A stretch of DNA of 64,000 bases from positions 496,001 through 560,000 of the forward strand of contig JAYWIR010000039.1 in NCBI GenBank assembly GCA_036172245.1, read 5' to 3'. This DNA comes from Raillietiella orientalis. Lineage: Eukaryota. Below, piece after piece: positions 50,701 through 59,499 of the stretch. Below the pieces are notes generated by a model. That model saw only the letters and a program-made list of their open reading frames with translations. It ran no database searches and was not told where the DNA came from. Each line of letters opens with the position of its first letter. Positions within the stretch are counted from its first letter, which is position 1. Position numbers and translations under genes: made by a program.

Positions 50701-53700
50701 AAGGGGCATGCCGAAGAAGCCCTGGAAGGCGGCGCAGGCACGAGTGCCTACTTGCCCTGGCGCCAGAACGGCAGGACGAGTGCTCCCTCCCCCCTTCCGC
50801 CTTTATTGGCCCTTGACGCGTACCTCCTCCCCGTGCGTGCCGCCCACGCTGTTGATCCGGATGTGATGGACTTCCTGAGATCGCTTGGTGACGGCGGCGC
50901 TGAAGCAGCCGGAGGCGTTGAGCGTAATCACGTGTTGCGCAGACACCAGGGGGCTGCTCAGGTTGGTCTGGGTGATGCACAGCACTCCATCTAGAAGAAA
51001 GGGAGGGGTCGATCAGGGGAGAGGACGTAGACACGCGCCGGTGCAGGGAGGAGGAGGAGGAGGGGGGATGGAAGACGGTGGAGATGCAGATCGACGAGGA
51101 ACAGAAAAGAATGGATGGTGGTGACGGAGCTCGTGGTGAAGGAAACGAGGAGGAGGGGAGGAAGAGGAAAGGAAGAAGAGAAGCTCGCTGACCCACATGA
51201 TCGCGGTTACATAAGGGGAAGATCTCGACGACTCGCCCGAGGGAGGTGGCCCCAGGAGGACCGGGAGAGAGCACAAGGGAGAGGTGCGTTCTCTCGAAGC
51301 GACAAGAGCAGTCCCGGGGACGGTTCACAGATCTGAGGCGTTCCCAGTCTCGAGTCCGGCGAGCTGACGAAGTCCCGGAACTTCACCTCGGGCGGAGTGC
51401 ATGTCCCGCTGACAACTAGCGGGAAGGAGGAGCAGAAGTCACCACGTTCTTCATCTCCGCGTCCGCCCCTGAGGAGACTCCGGATGGCGCTGACCCCGAG
51501 GGCTCCTCAAGTGGCTCGCGTCCTCTCGTATCATGGAGTCGTACGCAGGTAGGAAGAGGGGTTTGCGCCCACCTCTAGGACCCCCGTAGGACTCTCCGAG
51601 CGGACTTTGGTCCCACCCGCGCGGCACACGCCAGACTGCGGGGAGTTTCTGGACAGCGTCATCGGGCGCGAAGGGAAGGAACTGGCTGAGGACCAGTGCC
51701 GAAGGGCATTCCAAGTGAGAGACCGGGGTCGTTTCCCGTCTGAAAGAGTACTAAGAGCTACCTGGAAGCGGGTGTAGGTTCGTTTCGAAGCGTCCCTATT
51801 TCGCCTGGCGGCCGAGAGCCACGACGCGTCTCCCCCGCGCGCGAAAATGCCCTCGGCGAATCAGCGGCAACCAATAGGGCTGTGGGGAGGAGGCAGCCAT
51901 ATGAACCTTTTCCTCCCGCGGTCTGTTGGACGCAGAAGCAGGCGCGCGGGGAGGCTGCAAAAGCGAACCCGCGGGCGAGCCACAAGAATCGCGAAAGACG
52001 CCGTCGCGCATGGGCGGCTGCTGGGGGGAGTGGGGGGGACCCCCGCTGACGTGACGGTTAGCAAGGCTCCCCCACGGCGGAAGGAATGGGGCGCTGCGCC
52101 GTCCGAGTGACCGAAAAGATTGATCCGTTCCTGCTCCCAGGAAGAACCTCGCCCTTTGGCTCGCGGAGCGAACCCCCACTCAAGAACAAAAGGGACCTGC
52201 AACAATCCGGGTGAACGCGTCCGGAAGTCTCGACACGTCTGCGCGCTGGGGCACGAAGGGAACCCACGCCGCACCCTCCCCAGTGACGCGGGGGAGTAAC
52301 TGCACAGCAGGGTTGTGTACCCCGCGCTGGCGGCATGACGTCACGGTTGGAGGGCGGCAGGGCTCCTTCCCGTGGAACCGTTCCAAGAAGTCCCACATGA
52401 CAGCTCCGAGCTCCCAACGCCTCTGGCAACATCTCCTCCCGCGCGCGTTCGGGAGCGAACCCCGAGAGACATTCCATCTGGCTGCCTCCCAGGGTCGAGC
52501 GAATTCCCGAAAGAGCCACCTACGAAGGGGGTGAAACGAAGAATAGCAGAGAGATCGACGGGCGCGCGAACGAGTCCCGGTGGAAAAAAGGAGATGCCAT
52601 GGATGACGCAGGCGGCCGCATCTCCCTGGACCGGGGGAGTTTCGGACGACTACCGACGAACGGAGATCAAGGGCAGCCCCGAGGAACGTCGGAAGCGCCG
52701 GAGCACTCTTCGCCGGTCACGTGACCACGCGGGTAGCGACGGAGACGCCGCCGGCCGCGTGCCGCCGCTCCGTGCGAGAACGACACCTCGGGCGAGCGGC
52801 CGCCGCATCCCTCCCAAAGAAGAAGAATCTCAAAAGGCGAGTGCGACGGCGAGCCAATCCTCAAGAGAAAAACAAACGGGTGGGGGGATCGGAAAATAAA
52901 AATCTTTCCCGCAACCCCCCTTCCCGTTTCGCTTTTCCCACTCCGGTGAAGGGCACGCGTCCTTCTGCGCTCGTCGCGTGCGCGCGGAGAGGCTTCTTCA
53001 CCCGCCGCCGTCGCCTTCCCCGGGGGTTCACTTCTCCCCTCCCCCCCCCTCCCCAAAGCGCTGTCGGGCCCTCATCCAGCAGCACGTCATGCGTGCTGCG
53101 TGAGCCATGAAGCAGCCCCAGCGACATTCTCGGCTGGCAAACGCCGCCCGGGAAGCTGTGGCTCATCTCCTCCGCCATCCGTCTTCGTGTCCGCGGGCTC
53201 CACCTTCCGCCGCAGAAACCCTGCGCGCTGAAATGCCCCAGCCTGTGCGCCTCGAAGATGCGAAAACGCCCCAACCGGCTTCGCCCGAAGCCTCTCCCCT
53301 TGCCGTTCGCGCTTCGTCCTTCCCTTCCTGTTCTTTCCACCGGGCGCCTTTCCGGCGCCATGGGTCGCCCGCACCCCCCGTTCTGAAACGAGTGAGCAGT
53401 TTCGAACCGTCCTTCCTGGGAACAGGAGGCCCGCACCCTCCCCATCCGTGGTCTCCAGGAGGCGTGCGGTCGGACATCACGATATGAGGCCGCCCGCCCG
53501 CCTTCGCCACGCCGGCAAAGCGGCGGCCTAGGGCACAGAAAGCTGGAAGACGCGCGCGGGGTCGCACGTCACTCCAAGGGACCCTCTCTTCAGCCCTTCT
53601 CCGGCCCCGAAGCCCGTGTGCGGCGCTCAGCGGGGGGGGGGGCTAACCTTTCTGCAGTACCGGTTACTGGTTGCCACGGACGAAATGGAACCTCCCACAC

Positions 53701-55383
53701 GCCCGCGCCCGCACGAGGCGGACGCCGCACGCAGAAACCCGCGCTGCTTTTCCTTTCTTTTTCTCCTCCTTTCTTGCGGGCTCCATTTGGCAGTCACTCC
53801 GGACTCTGCGCCGGTCGCAGCTTCTGGTGCTGCTTTCACCCGAAGGGCAGGATGCGGGGGACGATGGCAGCACCCCTCAGCTGCCTCCGTCAGGGAGGAC
53901 CCTGGGATGTCCTTCGTTCCCGGAGGACCACTGACCTCGGCGGCAAACGAAGCGCGGGTCGTGCGGAGGCGGTCCCACGTGTCCGAAGTCACAACTGACT
54001 CGACTCTCCTTCAGCCGAGAAGGACGTTCCAGCCGCATCCTGGACCGCAACGTGCCCCGCTGGCATCCTGAAAGCCACTCTTCTTCCACGGCGCACGAGC
54101 GTCGCGGACGACCGCTCCATTCCGAGGAGCCACAGCCCGGGTGCGCCTGCGTCCACTTGCAGGCGGCGAGAGCTGCTGAGCCCAGGTCGGAGACGCCCGC
54201 GGAGCTTCCCTGGCGTCTCGTCCCCACGGCAAGTCCCGCAGCCACCGCGCACGTTCCAACAGAGCGCGCAAGAGGACCGCCGTCCGCCCATTGTGCCGGG
54301 AGAGGATGAAGAACGGTACAGTGGCTGTACCGTTTTGTTCCGCTTCGCCTCGGACCCCGCAGTGAGTCGGGATGAGGAAGCTGTGCGAAGGGAAGGCGTC
54401 CCTTCCTCCCCTCCCTTCACCCTCAAGGGAAGCGGCGAACGCCACCGACCCATGGGGGGGAAACTGCTCGTGTGATCCTCGCAGCTCCGGCGCAACCCGT
54501 GCTTCCATGATCAGACCGGAAGCGGCTCGTAGAAACGGCTGCCCAAAAAATAGGAAGTAGAGAGTAGGAACGTTGCCGGACGACGCGGTGGACCACCTTT
54601 TGTAGCGCGTGGAGAAGGGAGTGCCTTAGCGATCTTCCCAATCTCTGGGAAACTATCGATCAGCCCTTCCAGCAGGGCATTTGCCCCCTCTTCCTTGGAC
54701 CGAGTTCCGGGGACGTTGGTCACTCCGGAGAGAAGACTCTGAGAGGAAGAGGGGTGTTTGTTCCGCGTGCCAAGGAGCGGGCGAGTTTCCAGGAGCGGAC
54801 CCGTCGCCGATCGTGGCCTGGGGATTCCTCCCGAATAAGAAGGGCTGGAGCGCTCAGGGAAGCGAAGCAGAGGAGGAGGAGGAGGATGGTGGGCCGGACG
54901 GCTCCGCACTAAGCTGCGCCGAGGCTGGCGCGTTCCGGAGCGCAGCGCAGGGGTCCCCAAGAAGAGGAGAAGCACGCCCGTAGCCGCGAGCCCTCGCGAA
55001 CCAGAGCGCGGAAACCTGGCAGCCGCGCTGGAGATCCCGGGAGCGCGCCTGCGAGGGCGGCGGGGGGCGGCTCGGATCAGAGCGGGAACCTCCGCCCCGA
55101 CCAGCGATGGAAGGAGGCGCGCGCGCGGCAGCGGCACGAAAGAGCCGCGGCGCCAAGAGTGGCCGGGGGAGGGCATGGCGATGCAGCGGCCCTGAGGGAC
55201 AGCCACGCACCGCCCGTCCGGCAATCCCCGGGATGCCGCCCCAAACAAGCAGAGCTTGTTGCTGCTGTTGTCGCCGTCGTCGTCGCTGCTGTTGTTTTTA
55301 CCTGCATTGCTCTCGGCTTGGAGTGCGGATGCTGACGCAACCGACAGGACGAACGCTATGTAACCGACCCAGATGGCAACCAT
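26705..55383 (-). CDS. TGFBR3: Betaglycan/endoglin-family TGF-beta type III receptor-like protein, ~716 aa: complement(join(55383-55302,50990-50824,41530-41357,30660-30498,29112-28796,28157-27428,27376-27207,27096-26811,26766-26705))
   Basis: Signal peptide; orphan-domain motifs SGCFSAAVTKRSQEVHHIRI (human SGCASRGTTGLPQEVHVLNL), RFGAITSYTVVDEANSLVLHVG (EYGAVTSFTELKIARNIYIKVG), DVYVLEL..RNITLVLKSHRKMLWKV (EVHIIEL..KNLILILKCKKSVNWVI), DYGAPTVYAKLAGANRVVLR; ZP module (LTLRDPRCRARSNGTH..HRCG; IDDCWISN; GGCP; LYVQCRLGIC); TM VAVALAAFLLGTAFSALIWFI (human GIAFAAFVIGALLTGALWYI). GT-AG junctions; exon lengths sum to 2151 nt. The exon-5 acceptor is uncertain. The symbol means 'TGFBR3-like'; orthology versus endoglin is untested. 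Confidence 0.85.
26811..27096 (-). CDS. TGFBR3: TGFBR3-like coding exon 8 (ZP-C end, external hydrophobic patch, transmembrane helix)
   Basis: Acceptor ctcctcccAG; VPDRWPSVWPLYVQCRLGICASRSGLGSCPGC..YLVAGPAWV..LFVAVALAAFLLGTAFSALIWFIRRRT; donor CAG|GTAGCG. Confidence 0.9.
27207..27376 (-). CDS. TGFBR3: TGFBR3-like coding exon 7 (ZP-C)
   Basis: Acceptor aacccccAG; DPAPGVHIGIDDCWISNSTSDEVPRDRSWRLFSGGCPLRPVHVFASPGSAANHFGFR; donor CGG|GTGAGT. Confidence 0.85.
27428..28157 (-). CDS. TGFBR3: TGFBR3-like coding exon 6 (end of orphan domain, linker, ZP-N)
   Basis: Acceptor ttcccggttgcAG; ADRGSEL..DYGAPTVYAKLAGANRVVLR..VVVLCGEQSVEVSV..LRDPRCRARSNGTHAVVASDLHRCG..AFRC..PVFVKVSTEP; donor CAG|GTGAGC. Confidence 0.88.
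28698..28746. repeat. Inverted repeat / stem-loop (18-bp arms, one mismatch, 13-nt spacer)
   Basis: GTATGTGCAAGTGACCCA (28698-28715) versus TGGGTCACCTGCACATAC (28729-28746). Confidence 0.9.
28796..29112 (-). CDS. TGFBR3: TGFBR3-like coding exon 5 (5' boundary and frame uncertain)
   Basis: 3' part is clear: SDVYVLELLQPPSEPWDAVSTVLIESPVPRSRNITLVLKSHRKMLWKVLTDNISGHLLVL, donor CTG|GTAAGC. The frame-preserving acceptor is cctAG (29113-29114); the alternative ttgcAG (29105-29106) is out of phase. Confidence 0.75.
30498..30660 (-). CDS. TGFBR3: TGFBR3-like coding exon 4
   Basis: Acceptor ctcttccctAG; HNTHVELSEDSIWKNFSVKHRKSLSSSEVLHRFGAITSYTVVDEANSLVLHVGT; donor A|GTAAGT, phase 1. Confidence 0.9.
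30980..31915 (+). mobile_element. 5'-truncated non-LTR retrotransposon 3' end (Tx1/L1-like ORF2 C-terminus with zf-RVT), antisense within a TGFBR3-like intron
   Basis: One frame with a single internal stop: ..HLKWPPVLMDTRILPLKWQESGLLLLH*GLPRNARRHHWMRVCVDPNCATCEERESLPHLLVDC.. (CxxC..E..HL..C zinc-binding motif); ORF ends at 31856 and is followed by a T-rich tract. 5' boundary approximate. Confidence 0.75.
36505..36630. repeat. Alternating purine-pyrimidine (CA/CG/TA) simple repeat
   Basis: gcacgcacgcac..cacacacacgtatgtacacacccgtgcgtgcgtg..catacatacgtatgcgcgtacacatat. Confidence 0.8.
41357..41530 (-). CDS. TGFBR3: TGFBR3-like coding exon 3
   Basis: Acceptor tcattttAG; SLRGSKPVLSIFVKPLIDNSVYSGRLILVLEYAGPAFQEKIKLKLRSQRVQPFGHKLI; donor ATT|GTGAGT; 174 nt, phase 0-0. 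Confidence 0.82.
50824..50990 (-). CDS. TGFBR3: TGFBR3-like coding exon 2 (orphan domain N-terminus)
   Basis: Acceptor tttcttctAG; GVLCITQTNLSSPLVSAQHVITLNASGCFSAAVTKRSQEVHHIRINSVGGTHGEE; donor GAG|GTACGC, phase 0. Confidence 0.9.
55302..55383 (-). CDS. TGFBR3: TGFBR3-like coding exon 1 (signal peptide)
   Basis: aagATGg strong start; MVAIWVGYIAFVLSVASASALQAESNA; donor CAG|GTAAAA, phase 1, compatible with the next exon. An upstream acceptor gctttccAG at 55440-55441 implies a further 5' UTR exon. Confidence 0.8.
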
Positions 55384-55959
55384 CTTAGAGTCATCGCTGC
55401 CATAAATGATGCGAGTTCCAGATGAACAAAATCAACGGCCTGGAAAGCATCAACAACAATTGTGAGCGAACCGGTATGATTTCCAGAGGACGTCGGTGGG
55501 GGAGGGGAAGAAAGGGGAAGCGGGGGAAGGGGCAGGAGGGAACCCCTCCAATCAACTCTCACACTCAACAGCGCGAGAGAGTAATCTCCCTCCAGGACAT
55601 CTCCTCCTGCACCTCGACGCTGCCACGGCAACCGCGCGCGTGCAGCAGGAACCGCCCATCCTCCTCCTCGAGTTCGTCTGGGTGCGAGCTGGCGCCAAGG
55701 GCGCGCGACCAGGGCGCGCACTCACTCACCCACTCGCAAAAGCGGAAGCAAGGAAAGTAGGGGGGAGGAGGGCGACGGAAGGGAACAGCCGCGGAGATGC
55801 GCGGCCGCACGCCGATGTCCGCCGCTCTCGGCGAGAGGAAGCAGCACCGCGTGCGATTCGGAGGATCCGCTGGACGCGACCGGGAACGAGTCCGCGCTCA
55901 GGAAAGTGGGGAAGGGGCGACCTTGAATTTGTGAGACGGTTGGCGATAACGGAGCAGCT

Positions 55960-56115
55960 GACATTTCCAGGTGCAGAGGGCGAAGACGGGGAGGAAGGGG
56001 GAGGTAGAGGAAGGGAGAAGAAAAAGAGGAGGGAAAAAAAAAGGAGAAAGAAAAAGGAGGAGGAGGACGTGGGGGAGGAGGTAGGAAGGAGGGAGGAGAA
56101 GAGGAGGAAGGTTCC
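55960..56115 (+). repeat. Polypurine (GA-rich) low-complexity tract
   Basis: About 150 nt almost entirely G/A (ggaggaaggggggaggtagaggaagggagaagaaaaagagg...). Confidence 0.8.
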
Positions 56116-59100
56116 GAAAGGCGGAATTGGGAGACCTCGGAACGCGAACGCGGTCCTCCCCAGCCACCGCCCATTTAGGCGTCGCCTTGCAGATGTGGGG
56201 TCCCGACGGCAGCACCTGTCGGGCAGCATCTTCAACCGATCTTTCTCTCGCTAAGAAGCGCATCGCCCCGCGGCGCAAAAGTGGACTCCGCGGTGCAAGC
56301 CCAACGGACGGACGAAAAGAGGAGACGGCGGCGGCGTGCTTTCGGGCGGCCGACGGGCAGGAAGCGCTTCCGCCGGCTTCCAACTTCTGCTTGCCGAGGT
56401 CCGCCTTCCGCACGCCGGCGCTTGGCAACGCGGTGGCGAGAGGCTCCCGAAATCCTTCCTCCGAGCGCCAGAGGGCAAACGGCGGCGTCCCCACGCTACG
56501 AAACGACTCTCCACCACGGGAGCGGCCGAGTTCTAACCGAAAAGGTGACCGGCGGTCAACTTCATGGGCCGCGCCACGCCGCTACCGGGAAACGCGAGAA
56601 TGAGCGCCGCGAAGACTGTAGCGCACCTCTCATTTCCTCGGAGGCGGACAGAACGAAAGGAATGCAGGAGTAGCAGCAATCTCTTTTCCTCCTTTTCTTC
56701 TTCTTCCTCTCCTGCTCCTCTTTTCGTTTTCCGAGCGCCCCACGGATTTCTCCAAACACCCACGGATGGTGGCGCGCGGCGACAGCGGCACGGGCGCTCG
56801 GCGCCGATAGTGGCGACGACAAAGGCGCGCAGGGCAACTTCCACCGGGAGCAGCGAGTGGGAAAGGTGCGCGACTCCCGACGGACGCGGCTACGGCCGAG
56901 GGGAGGATTTCGGGAGGAGGACTTTTTTCGAATCCCCACGCGCCAGCGGCGGAGCGTGTAAACAGAGCGCAGAGCCAACCAGCGGCCCAACGGCGCGCGC
57001 GGCAGCGGCCTCTTCGGGCCGAGGCGCACAGAGAGGCTGCCGGCCACGCGCTTCGCGCGGCAGCTCGTGCTCTCCCGGTGAGAGCCGCCGCCCGGATGAA
57101 TCAAACGAGGCAGGAGGAGAGGGAGAGGAGGTGGTGGATCGCCCCACCCTCCCCGCGCACACGCCGGTCCCCGCTGGGGAACAAAGGGATTCCGGAAGAT
57201 TTCCCGCTGGGGATTCCCCGAACCCGAAAACGAAGGTGCCAAGGTTGCCGGCGGGCGGCGTGGGCGGGGAGGGGGGGGAGGAAGAGTCGTTCCCGAGTTC
57301 CTCCTCGCTTCCCCCCCCCCCCGCCAGCGCGGAGCGGTCGCCACCATCCCGAGGACCCCCGCCGCCCTGCGAAAGCACCACACCGCTCCTGCGTGTCCGA
57401 TTCTTCCGCGCTCCCGAGGACATCGCGTCCCGATACATATTCGGAATCAACCGCAGGGACGCTTCAGACCGGGGAGAGAGTGCCACTGCACACCTTGCGC
57501 CAACCCGGCGTGCTCTTTCCGTTCCGAAACGGGTCCAGGAAACGGGTAGTCTCAGCAACCAAGATCGGACGCGGAAAGATCAATTGCCGAGCGAAATAAT
57601 TATGCCACGGAGAGAAAGAAGAAAAAAAAAAAAAAAAGCTGGAGAAAAAAAAAAAAAAAAAAACACACGCGGAATCGAGATCTCGAAACAGCCGGGAGAG
57701 ATGAAGCGACGCGATTCATTCATCATCGGACTGGAACACGGACAAAAAAATTACTACAGTGTATCCAGGAAACATACGAGTCTGTTTACTTTAAGGAATT
57801 TGCGATAACAGCTATTTATCGCGATGAAGAGTTTGCAACATGTCCCGCTGTTTGATCTTCCTGTGATACGCTTCAAGGTGTCACTTTTCGGGGCATGAGC
57901 GTTCACGAAAAGTGCAATTGAACGGGAGGGGGGGGGAGGAAACGAAAATGAAAACCTGGAATTACCACGATTTCACATTTCGGAAAACGCTGCAAAAAAT
58001 AAAAAATAAAAAGTAAAAACAAGCAGGAGGTGGGGGTGGGGTGGGTGGGTGGCGGCTGCGGCGGCGGCAGGGGAAGGGAAACCAAAGCAAAGGAAGAAAG
58101 AAAAACAAAAGGAAACACACGAACCACTCGACGGGATGACGACGAGGCTTCCCCGCTCGGGAGGAGAACGCACTTGGGAACCCGAGCGGCACACGATGGG
58201 GAGAAGCGGTTCCGCGAATGGGCTGATCGAAATGGCTCGCCGGGGGTGAGGAACGTGTGGATTCGGCAACCGACGGGGAAGGAGCAAAAGTCGCACGGGG
58301 GGGGATGGGGGACCTGGGGGAAGCCGAAGGACGGCGCAGGGAGATGTATGCACCGGGGGCGTCCGGCTGGACGGGAACGGACAGCAGCAGCGCAAGGAAG
58401 AACGACTTTGGGCAGACGACGATGGTTGACTTGACGACGGAGCGAGCCCTGGCACGCCTGGAACTAGCGTTCGTTCCGGCGCACGCGAAGCACCCCACTG
58501 AACACACGCGTGCTGGAAAACGGGACTTACTTCTTCCCCTCGTGTGCTGGTTCGGAGGAGGAACGACAACACTTTCCGACCAGGCGGTCGCACTGTAACA
58601 AATGCCTTCCCGCTCGCACGCACGCTCACGCTTCCCCTCACGCGAAATTCGCTCCGGTATCACTGGCGAGCGCGTTTGAAGACTTGCGCGAAAAACGCTC
58701 CCGACCGCCCCGCCATCTATGAACGGGCGGTCGAGGTCCGGCCGCGCTCCCGGCTGCGGAAATCGCGTGACCATCGCGAACGTGAACTTTCCGGAAGATT
58801 CAGCGTTTATCTTGGACACTCCGGCGCGCTTCGGGTTGATTCCCGTTCCGTTGAGTTGGTCGGGAGCATCCCGCATGCTCGCGTCCTTTCCTTCTGGAAC
58901 ATTCCAGGCGGTCGAAATATTTGGGAACACACTTTCAGCATCGTTTGTAGAACCTCGAAAACACGCATATACGTAATCAAGATCACCCTTCCTGTTCCAT
59001 CTGAATGAACCTCCATGTGCGAATTGCGAAATCATGAATTTCTGATGCTGTGTCCTTTGCGATTATCCCATTCATTCGTATTCATGGTCTGATGGTGAAT

Positions 59101-59499
59101 TTGAGAGGGAACATCAGCATTCCACCAAAGATTTTTTGGACCAGATCTTCCGGACGCTGAGCCTGCACGCCGGACACGCAAAATAAGCACCTCCGACGTG
59201 AGGGAAGGTCCATCGCAAGGAAGACCTCTCCGTGCAACCAAACGTGTCGGAGGGACAGCTTCAGCGACCATCGGGAGGACTTGACAAGCACCGTCGAAAG
59301 GACGGAGCTTGTGGTGAGGGAACGCTCCGCCGTGCTGCCGCTAGAGAGGTCTTCAGCGGGGATGGTCCGGCGGCGTTCTTTCCCCCTTCTTGACTACTCA
59401 CTTGGCCGCGTGGGAGGAAGCGGTCCGCTCCGCCCCGGTAGCGACGCCCATGCGCCGCGAGACAAGAGAAAACCACCTCGCTCCGTGACGCGGCGGAAA

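Noticed and set aside
56564..57808. 414-aa ORF
   Set aside because: Low-complexity translation running through poly-A tracts; no domain motif.
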